Source of the DNA: Lingula anatina
Lineage: Eukaryota > Animalia > Brachiopoda
NCBI GenBank assembly: GCA_051362555.1
Contig: CM120641.1
Span: 23,008,401-23,072,400, forward strand
Direction: 5' to 3'
DNA: 64,000 bases
Part shown: piece after piece, positions 47,921 to 62,282 of the stretch
How the letters are laid out: every line of letters begins with the position of its first letter
Position numbering within the stretch: the stretch's first letter is position 1
The notes under the pieces: generated by a model
The model's input: the letters and a program-made list of their open reading frames with translations, nothing else
What the model was told of the DNA's origin: nothing
The model's database searches: none
Made by a program: the position numbers and the translations under genes

Positions 47921-50900
47921 TTATTTTTTGTTGTCCTGAATCCATAATTTGATTTTTTCTCTCAGTTCATCATGAGGTTTCAACATCTCCATTGTCAGAG
48001 GACTCCTGTTAAATGGGTCTGTCTGGTCACTGGAAGTAATTCAAAATTCTTAAAAGTTAAATCTGATTGAAAATTTTAGAAAAGTCACTGTCATTAAATT
48101 AATGATATTAAAACAAATATATGAACTTCATTTTACACAAATTAATATGTATATCACACAAAATTGAAACTGTCATCTGATCAAAGTTAAAATACAATCA
48201 ATGGAAGATAAAAGAGTTGTGATTACAAAATAAAGTTTCATCTCTCTCAGTAACCCTTTACCTGAGTAAATGTCTGGCAATTGTGCTTCTGTCTACAACT
48301 TGTCCAGATGGAAGAATGACAGGATCCTTCATCACTGTCCCCATGATGGCATCTTGGAATTCCTCAGGAACGTCACCTAAGAGTTCCTCTTCTTCCTTCT
48401 GCTGAGAGGCTACAGACTGAAAAATGTGATATGATAATTCACGTAAATAATAATAATAATGATGTTTATTTGCAACTAAAATAATTGAATTGTACAATGT
48501 ATGAGTCAAATATAAAAAGTAAAATTCAATAAATGAGAATAAGATTAATGAAATTATAAATCAAAAGTGTTAAGATAAGTACTATGAGGATATTAAAAAA
48601 TACATTAAGGTTAATTTTAACTTCAAAAACACACTAAAAGTAAGGTCAGTATTTATAAGTAGTCAGTGCCCAAGGTATGAATGTCTTGGCTGATCTGTTA
48701 GTTCTCAGTTTTGGCACAGTAAATTTTTGGGTTCAACGCAGAGTGTATGGCATACTTCTAATCAACTGGCAATAAATTAATTGATTCTACTCCATTTCTG
48801 GTTTCACTACAACTAAAATAATCTGTCATGCTAAGTATGCCAAAGACTCGGTTTTTGGTTTAGAGGCAGCCCAGATGTACCTTAATCTCCTCAGCAAGAC
48901 CAGCAAACTCTGAGATCATTTGCACAGGTTTCCCAATTCTCTGGAGCACTCTCTCTGCCTGTGGCAGAAGATCTGGAGAGTAAGATCTGCCGTCTGCTGT
49001 CACTGCCAAACAGAAATCCTCATGGCTGCCCAAATTCAGGTAGATTTGGCAAATATCTGACACTATGAGCTGGGGCTTAAATTCAAACTCCTCAAAGTTT
49101 TTTACTTTTAAGTTCTTCTTCTTTGGACCCACCTACATGTAGGAAAACAGCTGATTGAGAATCATTCTTAAATTTATGGCAGAAATAGAATGGAAAAGAT
49201 CTTTAAACATATTCACAAATTGGAATATATATACATGCATTAAACCTGCATAAGGTAAATGAAAAGACAGTAAAAAATTTGTAAACCCAACCCTACTGAG
49301 ATGTTCAATGGATAATATACCATCTTTAGAACGGTGTCCCAAAATAGTCTAAAAACTCACCAGATGTATAAGAAAATAATTCAACATTGCAGCTATCCTA
49401 TCCACCATAATATTATGTATAAACAAAGTTTGTATGTCCCTGGTAAGAAGCTCCAAAATATGGATAGTGTCTCTGCTCATCAAGTTATGAAATCTTGATA
49501 ACATGGTCAATTGCTGCAAATTACTCTCTTTCTCTCTTTGCTGGTCTTCAGGCAAGTTTTGCCAAGCCCCAGAGTCTTTCTCTTCCTGCTGTTCTTTGAT
49601 CTGGCTCATGTACTGCATGACAGAATAAGCAAAAGTTAATTTTATCTTATCTTAAAAAAATGCTGCGCATATCGCAGGGTAAAACAGATTTTATATTGTC
49701 TATTGGGTATGATGATCAAAATAATAATGTTTCTGGAGAGACTAGACATGATATTTACCAATGAGGCATATTGAGAGAGAGATGTTAGGTTAAACAAAGT
49801 GAAAATTTTGTCAGTTTACAGTATTTTCACCTCCCTAGTAAGTAACATAAATAGCATACTGGCAAGGAGACCCCACTATCAGTAATATCTATATGATACA
49901 GACTGAAAATCAGTAGATCATCTGTCAGATCAAATATTTAACACTTTACTTTTTGTTATCAACCTTTAAAATTTAATTAAGTGTGTAAACATCATGTGTC
50001 ACGGGTGAAGGACACATTCAGTCTCCTTAATAATGATTTATTTTTTCATCATCACTGCTGATATTCTAAACTGCATCTGTATGTGACAACGGAAATTTGA
50101 AGACCTGCGTTTGAAGAAGTTCACACTATTTTATGTTGAACCCACCATTAAAGCTTCATCAAGAAGAAAAGTGGCATCATTCACAAGAAGATTTATAAAC
50201 CGAAGAAAAAGAGGAGCATCTGAATCTTCTATGTGCTCTTCTGCATGTGCTGACAGCCTCTGTAAGTATAATTTAAAACAATGATGTTATACATCTTTAC
50301 AATATGATCCATAATAGATCCATAAAACTTGCATCTTGCTTTAAAATGACAAAGGAAGAAAATTTCTAACTAATACTTAGGTGCGAAATGTTTGGTTTGC
50401 AAATGTGAGTATCTGGCGAGTACACTGCTCAATCATCAAAAAGCTGAGTATACTAAAACTGTAACCTTATATGCTGTATACTAACCTTCAATGCCTCATG
50501 GTGGATTTCAATATTCCAAATGTAATCCAGTATTTTGTACATGGGCCTTCTGTAGTTGAATTTCTGTTCAAATTGCACTGCCTGGCCTGTCATCTCTATG
50601 CTGACAAACACATGCAGCAGGGTCTCAGCAAGATGCTGGATCAGCGGGTGCTTCACAAACAGCTGCTCCCTGTGATAGCTAGAGGAAAGATTTCAACACA
50701 GTTTGAAAGTAGTTTGATGCCTGGTACCATGAGAACAAAATTCCACCCAACTTACAAGGTTTAATTAATTTGCTTTTTACTTCTTAAAATCATCATTGAC
50801 ATTTCAAATTTCAATATCCTCTGAAGATTTTAGAAAATATTTTAAAGCTGTATTATTCAAACAAAGAATTCCCATGCATTCTCACTTTGCTATCAATCCA

Positions 50901-53900
50901 GCCTTCATCTCATTCTGCACTGGCATGAGATTTTCTAGCGTCTGAGCCAGTTTTGCTCTCAAGTGAGGGTTCTTCATTCTCTGGGGGCTTCCCATAAACA
51001 CTAGGATCAGAGAGGCAAAGTGCGATATATCACCACCAATAATCTAAAATGATACAAAATCAACTCATCACAGCATGACTAAATCTACCATATTTTTTGC
51101 AATGTGAAAGGTCTAGATTAGAAGTTACATGTGTCTTCAGGAAAAAACTGAACATGTTTCACTATGCACTGGGTACTCATAAAAATATATATATATATGC
51201 CAAAGGTTAGTAAGTCATTTTAACATAAAACATGTAAATAGTATTTACATGTTTATAGGAAAATATATCAAGAAAGCTCACTCCAAAATTGACACCCTTT
51301 TTTATTTCAAAATCCATTACATAACATTTACTTAACTCTTTGTGTTTTTTTAAAATGGAGAAATTATATTTTTCAACAATAGTACCTCAAATGTTTCATC
51401 TCTGAACCTTCTAATAAATACAACCAAGTCCACCATGTTTTCCACCAAGAACTCTGGAACAACTGTTAGCACCTCAGGCACTGGATCAGGGAGTGGGAAA
51501 CAAATTTCCTGTAAGAAACTCTCTGCTCCTCCGGCAGCCAAGTTGACTAATAATGTTGCTGAGGCAACATGGAGCTGAAGACTCATTTGGACAATTTGTG
51601 GTTCCAGCAGGGCCGCCCTTACACACTGGAACATACTCATTCCTGGAGAAACAGAAAGAATAATTTTTGAAAACCTGTAAAAATACTGTTGATATAAGAG
51701 GTACATGTAGATGCAATACTCATGTACAAGTATGTTATCATTGAAAACTGAACACAATCAAAAAATGGCCAAATAGACCATTAAGGATAATGTAACATTT
51801 TTATATAAACAGTGTACAATGTTCATAAAAATCACCTAAAACATACATATTACTTTTCTATTTAAACAATTTAAAACGTTTATACAAATCTTCTTCAATA
51901 TGCCATACACACTGAAATAACTTGTATGTACATGTACATTAAAATGTTGTCATGTTTACTTTTTTCAAACCTATCCTTTAGTTGCCTCCCAATGGCTGAG
52001 CCCTCTGCCCCTGAATTGACAAGGTCTCTATAAGCCCCCTCTAGCTGACCCATCTCCTGATTCAGCCTCATGAACTTCTCATGAATGACGTGAATTCCCA
52101 GGTGGAGACAGTAATGGGTCATCATGAAGCACTCTGTCAGAAAGTTGAATTTGTCTTCTCCTGGATATGGCACACTGCCCTCTGGTGGAGGAATCAGAGA
52201 TGTCTCTTTGTTCAGCCCTGGAAAAGGCATAATTAGCATAAACACTCAAATTGCAGCATGCACTTAACCTAGTCATTGTTGCAAATTGATTCACAAATAC
52301 AGCTGCTTGGATCTACTGTCAAGAAAATGCCACTTATGGACATCTTGCAAATGTCTTTAAAAAGGGGGCATCCTACAAGGGGCACACATTTCAACTTGAG
52401 TTAAATTGAGTTGTTAGCTAGTAATGAAATCTATTTTGCATTCCACTTAATGCCTGCTTGTTAGACTTTTTTATACATAGGAGGTTTTTTGGAAGACAAA
52501 AATTCCTGTTTTTTTTTCTATTTTTTTTCAACCTGTGAGCCAACTAAAAAGTAATTAAAAAACTTATCTGTAGGCATGCTAAGTAAAACTTGTTATGTAC
52601 CTTTTAAATGCATATTTCTCTCTCTTCCTTCTTCTACAGTTTTCATTTCCACAGCACAGTATGATAATTGTATTTTGAGCAGTTTAGGAGACTGGGCTGC
52701 ACAGAAAGGTTTACACAGACGAAGCAATACAGCACACAGGTTGATGAAGAAACCATCACTACAGTACATTCTGTTAAGTAACTCTGGCGGAAGATGATTC
52801 GACCACAGTTTGGCCCGACCTGAAAATTATGTCATAAAATTCTAAAATTAATCTGATATTACAAACATCTCAATTTTGGGCAAAAAAATGTGCTACATTA
52901 TTAAAACACTTGGTCAAATTTGGTCATCAGCACCACCTACCCTGATTTGCAGTTAAACAGTTTCCCAGCCACTCCAAAGTTCTGTGCTTGAGTTCTTCAG
53001 ACAATTTCAGCAAGTTGTAGATCATTTTGTGGACTTTCTCATTCAAAATTGCTATAGGCTTGAAAAAGTGACAAATAAATAAATAAATTTTATACAACTG
53101 CCTTTTGGGTATCCAAAGTTCATTTCTGATTTGAATATGGGAAATGGAAAGCTGCTGAGTGTAATATGCACACCCATTTTAAATTTGTACATAGTTATAT
53201 ATTTTGTTCTAAGAGAAAAAACCTAACAAAAGGCTTCAAAATAGTTCTTTAAAAATTGAAACAAATGAATAATAAAAAATAAAATTAAACTGATCAAAAA
53301 ATAATAATATAAATAAATTTTGGGACAGTCTAAACCTTACCTGCCATAGGCTGTGCATTGTCATTTCCACTTCACTGGGTCTCATTGTAGAGGGCTCAGT
53401 GAAGAACTGATATGGTCCCTGAGGGTTCTCTGGTATACAACTTATGGAGAGAGTACACCCAAGTAAAGACATTTCGAAATTCTTAGCAGTCTTTATGTCC
53501 CTAGGGGTTGTATAGTCCATAAAAACCTGGAGATTAAGAATGGTCAACATATAAATATATATCAACAAAATGTTTATCAATGAAGAATTGATGGAAACTG
53601 GTAAGGTCAATATGCAATCATAATACAGTTAGAACTTCATTTTCATGTCAATTGGCTAAGCATTTCACTCACCATTTACTAACATAATTTTAGTTTTCAC
53701 TTAAATGGCGATCATTGTTTTTTGTAATTTAAACAATAAGTACTTAAACAAAAATTTACTTTTCCGAGACACTCTGTCCTTGTCATGAATAAGACAAACT
53801 CTACAAAGTCAAATGTCCTAGGATTATTAAGCCCAAGTTCTTTGTGAAATGTGGTGGTAACTTGATCTAAAACTGGTCTCAAGATGTGAGCTAAACTGCC

Positions 53901-56900
53901 ATCTTCTTGGTGGCTGTCAATTTCTGAGGCAACTAACTCTAAAAATTCCATCATAATTTCAGAATCTGTAAAAACATGGAACATTTATTAATGTTTGTTT
54001 GAAAAACCAATCAGAGACTCAGTGAATATATGTCACTCATCTCAACTTTCATTTACATCCCTTAATTCTTTAAACCGTAATATTTTAAACTACCTACGTG
54101 TATTTGTTTGTATACGTAATCAATTATTCCTCTTCATTAAAGATTTGTGCTCCATCTCTTTCAACTGAAACTACTTTCATTCGATGAAAATGTAATGTCA
54201 GTCAAAATAATTTTGAATATTACCAGAATTTCTGTGCTCCTCCATGAATATATCCAAAAACTGTTGACCAGGGTCCTGCCCAACAAACAGTGGTGCCGTC
54301 TGGAGGCTTGTTTTACCATTTCTGATGATGATATCCTTTATCACAGTGACAAAGCTCAGGTAGCTCTCCTGAAAGACAGATCAAAAATAAAGATATTCCA
54401 GTCTTGAAAAAAATTTAGGGCCACGTAGAAATAAGACATAAGTAACTGATGCATATGCAGTACTCTTTAAATACACAAGTCTTGTGAAATGTTGGCATTT
54501 CATTTTAGATCTAAAATCTAAATGTATGTCTGACATATTATTATTATTATTTTTGTAAACAAACACATGCATTAATTAGGCCCTAATTCTAGTAATTCAA
54601 ATGTTTGTTTGTTTTTATTAAAATTTCATCAGAACAGGGCAACAGCAAGAGTACATTTGTATTTCATGTATTCTTCATTGATACATGTATGAAGAAAGCA
54701 GTCATCTTGTTTTGATAAAGTGTACTAATCAAAAATAAATGCAATTATCTTCTTTTGATAAAGAGTGCTTTTCAAAAATGCAATAAGTACAACTACAAGA
54801 AAAATGTACTATTGTTTAGAATGCTTCTCAGACATGCTCCATAAAACCATTAGTGGGTTAGACTGAGCACCAGCTCCATCCAGGGAAAACATTTCAAGTG
54901 AAATAAGGTACTTATAAATCAACCATCAGGAAGAAAGAAATTACATATCAACCATTATGTGGAAAGCAATGGAAATTTGAAGAAAAGTTAAATGACAGTC
55001 ACAGCACTGACACTCGATTCTTGATGGACTTTGGATAATGAAGTGAGGGAAGGGACAAAAAAATAGACCTGCAACTTTTGCCCCCCTCCCCTCCCCCCAA
55101 AATAAAAAAAAAATCTGCTTTAATGTACAAATGATGTGCCTTTAAGTACTTGAGAGGAGCCTATACGTTTTATCTGAGTTTGCATTCACAATCAACAAAA
55201 ATGCCAATAAAAAACTTCTTGCTAGCATTTTGAGATTATTCATTGGTGCTAAATCATGTTTTGTATGTGTAGGTATTGCACAGAGGCAATTCTCAAAGGC
55301 TATTTGTTACTTAATGTTCATAAATACTGCACAGTCTATCTTGCATTGCTTTTCATTAAATAAGATCATTAATTATTTTTGACTTGCTGCAGGTCTTGAG
55401 CATGTCTGCGTGAATTTTTAGGGAACGTAAAGGAAAAATAATGGAATGTGTTCCTCTCCTGAGGACATCACAATATAATGCCATATGCTCCCTACTGAAT
55501 TTGAAACAAGTCTTGCATATGGCACACAAAGTACTTATCAAACTATTTAGGTTATATAATATTCATATTTTCAAATCCATTTACCACTCCTTGTCTCAAA
55601 TTGGTCAGTTATATTCTCTCTATGAAAATATCAAATCTTTATAGTCTTTGAATCATTTGGTACCCTATATACACAGAACATAAGCTTCGCCATAGACACC
55701 TCACCCACAAAATCATATAAGAGTACCCTAGATAAGGCACTGTAACAAAGTAAAAACATCATTCCTATTGAAGGCAAATCAATATCTAGATTCCCTGCGG
55801 CTTATGCTTCATTACACAATTATCTCAGCCATCTGTTCTGGGAACTGAGGTTGTTCAGAGTTAGGTTAATGTATGTATATATGCCAGTATTGATTCTGGG
55901 TTTGCTACAAAGATCAATAAAACACAGCTTCCAGACACGCGCAAAGAGAAATTACATCAAGAACAAAGACATTAACTTCAGTCAGGTCCGAGATTAGATC
56001 CTGATGTGATCTAGGATATTTTTTGTCTTTGAACTCTATCTGCTCAGTGTGACAGACAGACACGAAGAGGATGAGAGACTTATTACTGCTACTAAAATAG
56101 AGAAAACCCAAGATAGCATTATCATTGTGAGCTTTTTTCAGAGGTGACTTCAAGAGTTCTTCCATTAACAAAAACAATAACAACAGTTATTTGGATTTTA
56201 TATTTACATAACTGAACAACACTGGGGGAAATGGAATCTGGAAATATGTGTGTTATATATCTTTTGTTCAGTTTAAGCAGTATTTCCCAGATATTTTGCT
56301 TTCAAGACAGATATCCAATACCAAGGGGCAAGTTTGTTCCAGAATCCCCTCTGAAAGATGATGGGTTGACAATATTAGACTGTGGCCTGACAGTCACAGA
56401 GTTGTCAGCCATGAAGATGGAAAAGTATATCTTTATTGATAGAGCAGACATTATCTACTTAACCCTAAACTTTCCCCCAGGGACTAAAATGGACACGGAT
56501 GTTTCCATTATGGTGGAGCTGAACAAGTGGATCTGGGTGGAAAATCACTCTGGGAAGCCAATGCTGGAGATGGACTTCAGGTTTGCAGCATATTCTCTGA
56601 ATACTTTATCTTTGCATACTAAAAATTTGGAACTGGACATTACATTGCACCCGCCATTGTGTCTGAATACACTCAAACTTGAGCATAAGATTTTACTCAT
56701 CAAAACAACAGTCAGAGGTATATTAGGGAAAAATTCTACCATCAAGTCATCCTTGTGTTATTCCCGCCTTGCGCCATATCAGCAGGCAGCAGATAGTTTC
56801 TACTTCCAGCACAAATGCTGTGACTTGGCCCAGCAAGACAAATATGACAGTGTAAATATCACCCACTCTGGTTTCGGCTACTGCGAGTACCTGTTGTTAG

Positions 56901-59900
56901 AAATAGGTGGGTTGTATATGACACTGCTGTACACCCTGATATTCCTGGTGAGCCCATTGGCCATCAGCCTGCTTCCCACAGAGGAACAGGTGTATACTGT
57001 GAACAGACTTGGGAGGATCGCTAACCTGAGAGAACCTTGCTACAAATATAAAAGAATGGACTCTGTGGGACATAACATGAAGGGTAAATGTGTCCCCAAA
57101 GAGTTGATATGTGGAAGACCAATGAGTGTAACTTTAGAAAGTCCACAGAGTCCTCCAGTTCTACAAAGCAATGGTGTTGAGGGCACTGAAGTTGCAGGCG
57201 TGGCTGCAGATGTTTTGACAGATCAAAATTGTCCAGGACAAAATGATGGCGTAAGGCAGCAAGACCAAGAGCCCATACATCAAAATGACCAGCTGCAAGT
57301 ACTCCCGAGGCAGAAACACGTCAGGTTGTCCATAGAAGGTGAAGACACCACATTGCCCCCTGGTGACCAAGATGTCTGCCCGAGTTCTATGGGGAGTACG
57401 ACAACCCAGCACCACATTTGCTTAACACTAGAGGAGCCCCTGCATAGTGAGAGGATTGGTAACAGGTCCACTGACGCCTCACCAACTGATCAAATGACAA
57501 AATCATCAAACTGCCATGTCAAGAAAAGAAACACTGTTGTCATTCTCAGCAATGCTGATGAAGCCGTCACCATCACTGAAGATGTAGCTGTGGAGGAGAG
57601 TGATAATCTTCAAAATCAAACTCTGGACAGAGCTGCTGGAGCTCAGAATCAGCATCATCTGGCAAGAAATGATGAGCAGCCTGAGGAAGAGCAATGTGGG
57701 TGCCCAAGCCACTATATTCCCCTGAACTCCTCCACCCCAGTTCGCATCTCTCATCCATTCAGTTACCTCTTTCTGATGCATGTAAGAAGTAGCTGGGTTT
57801 GTCGCCTTAGGAGGCTGGTGTTTTTCCTGGTGATATACCCCAGTGTTGTGTACGCTGTCATTGCAGTGGATTTCCTAATGTATCACAGTGATATCAAACT
57901 GAGGGAAAAATTAGAAACTAATCTCAGCATCTTTGGAAAGATAGCAGATTTTGACTATTTTGATCATTACTTAAATGCCAACTCCTACACTGAGCCATCT
58001 TTCATGGTTGGGCTTCTCTATCTTGTGATGTATGTTATAATGTCATTCTTCAGTGCCATAGAAGGCAGTCTTACATCAATGGTGGATCAACTGATGGTGA
58101 ACAACAAACACCTTGGTGTGCTGCGGCTCCCTGACTGCTTACACATACCGGAGAGGGAGCTTCACACTATAGAGAAAATGTATCACAAAATGGCATTCCG
58201 TTTATCACTCATTGCGGATCCAAGATTCTGGAAATTTTGGGTTTTGGAAATCAAGGAGATCTTGTTTAGCTGTTCAGGCAAATCCACCAAAGAAATTTTG
58301 GTCAAACCATTCAAATTATTGATGTGTTTCGTGTCCCTGGCATTCCTGTTTCCTTTGGTCAACTGTCTCCCCTGGGAATACTTAGTAACTATGGTAACAG
58401 ACCAGGCAGAGGCTAACAGACTGATCAGCTACTGTAAAACTAGATACAAGAACTTTGGAAAAGGATTCTTATTTCTAATTGGTGGAAGCATCACTGTGCT
58501 GGGTCTTATGTTTGCCCACCTGATATTCATAAAAACATGCCAGAAACTAACCCTGGTTGTTCTGTACACCATAAAAGGCATTGTGAAATACTATGCTGAT
58601 ATACTTCCCATCCTGACCATCATTTTGGTAGGGGCCTACTATGTCTTCAGTACCTTCTACAAACTAGATGAAAAATACAGGTCAGTCAAAAAGATGATAT
58701 TTGAGGAATGTGAGAAAGAATGGGAAAATCAAAGAATTAAGGCAGAAGAAGCAAACAAACCACCCCTAGCTCAGTCCCTGGTAGTGTATAGAAAAGATGG
58801 TATTCCCATGATTCCCAGAGCTCTGTATAAAATCATAATTGACAAACATGTGCCTGTGCGTGAAGCAGAACTCCCTGCCCTAGCTAAACTGATACTGATA
58901 GCTTTATTTCTCTCATATGTGGCTGAAATTGTGGATGTTTTCAGTATTCACAACATCACTGGGTTGGGACATGCGGTGGCCACATTTTTTGCTGCTACCC
59001 TACCAAAGCTGCTCGATTTCCTACACTCCAAGAGTAGTATTGAAGAAGAGTGTCTAAAACACAAAATAAGAGCCACAATTAAAGATTACTATCAAACAAA
59101 TCTTGTCATCACTGAAGAAGAACTACTGAACCACACGAATAACAATATCCTCCTTGACAATGAAGGGTTTCCCAGGGAAACGTTTGTGTAATTGTCTGCC
59201 TAGGTGATATGGTTTCTGGCCAGCATATTTTATGCCATAAAATGTTATACATGTTTTCCAGAGTGAGCTGTACATGTACAAGGCACAACATATAAAACTG
59301 CACATTAACATATTAATTTGAAAGAATTAAAATTCAATCATGAACATCTCTTCAATTTTATTTCAATGATTCAGGCTAAAATTCACAAAAGATGATGAAA
59401 TAATTTGCTGTGCATGTGACATGAGTCAACTGTTGGCAAAAAAACAGTTCACTCTATTCAATTCAGCATAAAAGCCACTTCAAGCTATTGAATTATGAAT
59501 AGTCACTTACAAGTCAAGATCATCGAATTGTGAAAAAAGTATGAATCACTACATCAATATTTCACATGCTATTAGTTGGCTTTAGATTTGATATCTTTAC
59601 ATCTATGAGTTCTCATCAGATCATACGCATTGTGCACATCCATAAAAGTGCAACCAAATGTGAAGCTGTGATTAAAGCTTTGGCCAATTGTTACTTGAGT
59701 TAATGAGTACAATTTCATGTACAAATTAGACTGTGTATCTAAATAAACATTAGTTCATTTGCTTCTATCTCTGTAATTTTTTCCTAGATTACTTATGAAG
59801 TAATTTTGTATGAGAGCCTGTCTAATGGCAGGAATATTTTTAGAAATGCTTGCATAAACAATCTTACATCTAAAGATGTGGCATCCTAGGTTTAAAAGAT

Positions 59901-61390
59901 AAAACTATTAGACAGAATAACTAAAGTATACATAAATGTTTAAATGCTAAAACTTTAAAATCATAGTGCCACTAAATTTAATGAATGCACCACTAACATG
60001 CATCTTTAGGAAAAGTATTCAATGTGCAATAGAGATTTCAAATAAATAATTTATCAAAATAAGTAAATAAATAAATTTTGAAAAACGATAAAATGGGTTT
60101 TTTTAAACTTACATCCTCTATCTTCTTGGTTTCCTGTACAGCTCTTACATAGGCATAATAAAGATAAAACAGCACTCTCCCCTCTGTCACTGTCCTGTCA
60201 GGTTCTCCAGTCTTGCTTGTCTTTACTATGTGCTTATCAGGCTCTTCGAGAACTAGTCTTTCAAATAAACACTACAAACAAAGATAATGAATAACAAAGC
60301 TAATTACATTTAGCAGGTGTAAAAAATGCAGATATATTAAGGAATCTCTGGTGAACTATGTACCATTTAATCAGGTAATGCTGATGAACTTACCTTTTTT
60401 AAAATACATACAATCAGATATTTTCAATAAACTTTCTCAAAACAAAACAAATAAGCAAATTAAATCAAATCAACCAGACAGTAAACACTGGCAGGCTTTG
60501 TCAATTTCCCCATTGTGTTTATTTCAAAAGGCTGTGCATTCCCTGCATGTGCATGTGCTGAATATTTCTCCTATGAAGAATGTACAGACCTGACATGTGT
60601 GGCACCAACATAAATATGTATACATATACACAAATAGTCTTCACTTACAGTTTCTAAAATCTCTAAATCCAACCAGTCTTGTCCTCCCAGTGTTAACTGA
60701 AACTCCGCCATGAAAACTGCCTTTGCAGGTCTGAACTTGTCCAATGTGCATGCTGGAGTAACAAATAAACTAATATTAAACTTATCTAATCTGTAAACTA
60801 ATCTGTAAATGCTTTTGCTGACAATAATCAAAGTAGTTTTTTTGATATAATCACTATAAATGCATGCATTTTTATATCTAATAAAGCAATATTTATGATC
60901 TAATATCTTATTAATGTGCACAATACTTCACAAATTATTTCCAATTCATGAGTTACTACTAACAATATAACAGTATATGTATAAACACAGGTGAAAAAAT
61001 TTACAATGTTTTTCAAAACTAAAAATAAAAAGCCTTAAAACAAACTTACTTTGGTCTAAAGTAATTAAGAATATTCTTTCAATGAGGTTATTAAGGTGGA
61101 CTACTTCCTCAGCTTTCCCTTGGTCACTGAAAATGGACTCACTTATGTCTTGAACAGAAGTAGCTGAAAAGAAATGAAAACATCCCATTTAATGCATAAC
61201 TACTGCAAATTTAATTATGATATACCAATACCATAAAGAAAGAAAAGCTGCAGCAATGGGATGAACACAATGAGGTTATCTCACCTAACGCATCCTTGAC
61301 TCCAGCTACATATTGCTGAGCATCTAACACTGATGGAAAGAGGGCTGTAAATGGGTTGTTCTTCAAGTCTGGCCCACTCATTCTGCTCAT
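47921..61390 (-). CDS. UBE4A: Ubiquitin conjugation factor E4 A (Ufd2 core + U-box), about 18 coding exons
   Basis: N-terminal NNPFTALF (61390-61285); [21 protein letters not shown]; [21 protein letters not shown]; U-box [23 protein letters not shown]...[23 protein letters not shown] probable 5'UTR exon donor lies at about 62282. Confidence 0.95.
56231..59191 (+). CDS. Uncharacterised 986-aa multi-pass membrane protein, single coding exon, nested antisense in UBE4A intron 54369-60112
   Basis: 2961-nt open frame. Signal-peptide-like N-terminus, Cys-containing ectodomain, one TM at about aa 225-250, a polar loop of about 270 aa, then about 7 further hydrophobic segments. Confidence 0.88.
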   Translation: MESGNMCVIYLLFSLSSISQIFCFQDRYPIPRGKFVPESPLKDDGLTILDCGLTVTELSAMKMEKYIFIDRADIIYLTLNFPPGTKMDTDVSIMVELNKWIWVENHSGKPMLEMDFRFAAYSLNTLSLHTKNLELDITLHPPLCLNTLKLEHKILLIKTTVRGILGKNSTIKSSLCYSRLAPYQQAADSFYFQHKCCDLAQQDKYDSVNITHSGFGYCEYLLLEIGGLYMTLLYTLIFLVSPLAISLLPTEEQVYTVNRLGRIANLREPCYKYKRMDSVGHNMKGKCVPKELICGRPMSVTLESPQSPPVLQSNGVEGTEVAGVAADVLTDQNCPGQNDGVRQQDQEPIHQNDQLQVLPRQKHVRLSIEGEDTTLPPGDQDVCPSSMGSTTTQHHICLTLEEPLHSERIGNRSTDASPTDQMTKSSNCHVKKRNTVVILSNADEAVTITEDVAVEESDNLQNQTLDRAAGAQNQHHLARNDEQPEEEQCGCPSHYIPLNSSTPVRISHPFSYLFLMHVRSSWVCRLRRLVFFLVIYPSVVYAVIAVDFLMYHSDIKLREKLETNLSIFGKIADFDYFDHYLNANSYTEPSFMVGLLYLVMYVIMSFFSAIEGSLTSMVDQLMVNNKHLGVLRLPDCLHIPERELHTIEKMYHKMAFRLSLIADPRFWKFWVLEIKEILFSCSGKSTKEILVKPFKLLMCFVSLAFLFPLVNCLPWEYLVTMVTDQAEANRLISYCKTRYKNFGKGFLFLIGGSITVLGLMFAHLIFIKTCQKLTLVVLYTIKGIVKYYADILPILTIILVGAYYVFSTFYKLDEKYRSVKKMIFEECEKEWENQRIKAEEANKPPLAQSLVVYRKDGIPMIPRALYKIIIDKHVPVREAELPALAKLILIALFLSYVAEIVDVFSIHNITGLGHAVATFFAATLPKLLDFLHSKSSIEEECLKHKIRATIKDYYQTNLVITEEELLNHTNNNILLDNEGFPRETFV

Positions 61391-62014
61391 CTAATAAAAT
61401 CAAAATGCATTATTGTAATATGTAATTAACTTGGATTGCAGTAGGCATCACAGACATTAGAAATGTACAATAATCACATTTAAATGGAAAAATTCACATA
61501 CATAGTAACATGTACAGTTGTATCAGCTGTATCAGTTGTATTTCATTATTTTTAGATGACTTGGTCTAATCCCTTAATGGATATGAGTTAAACATTTAGA
61601 TCATGCTATTTCACCTGACAAATATTACTAGAAAGTCAACTTAAGAGTAATGTGCTCTGTAATACACACTACATGTTAAAAAAATGAATTAAATAGTTAA
61701 AATATGAAAATACAAAGATTAAATGAGTAATCGACTCCTTGTCCAGAGTAAAAAAGGTTTAAGCATAACAAAATATGTAATATAACATAATGAGATGGAA
61801 TATTTAAAAAAATAATTAACTGTTAACTGGTCTAAAGTAATTAGTCATGGTTTAGTATGGTTGTTTGACGTTAAATACCAGTAAACCCTATAAATATGGC
61901 AGATAACCCTCCCCCCTTCAACAAACTCTGCCTCAGTTATAGGATTTAAATTACTCGATTTTATTCACCTTACCTAGCTTCATTTCTTTATTTTGGGCCT
62001 TTACTTACTCTCAC

Positions 62015-62053
62015 CCTCTCTCTCTCTCTCACTCTCTCTCACTCACTCACTCA

Positions 62054-62108
<55 letters not shown>

Positions 62109-62122
62109 ACACACACACACAC
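62015..62122. repeat. (CT)n/(CACT)n/(CA)n compound microsatellite
   Basis: Direct reading. Confidence 0.95.
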
Positions 62123-62282
62123 AGTGACACATGCACTAAATTAAATAGTAAGAGCTATAGGACTTTCATTTTTAAGTGAAGACTTCCAAGTTCCAAGAAA
62201 AAAATTGGTGATATTGAACGCTCCGATTTTTCAGTAAAATACATCTGCCAGTATACATGATATGACAGTGGATATCACTTAC

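Noticed and set aside
49900-50060. Possible intronic C/D snoRNA (GTGATGA...CTGA on the minus strand of UBE4A)
   Set aside because: No terminal stem or recognisable rRNA guide; such boxes are common by chance in AT-rich DNA.
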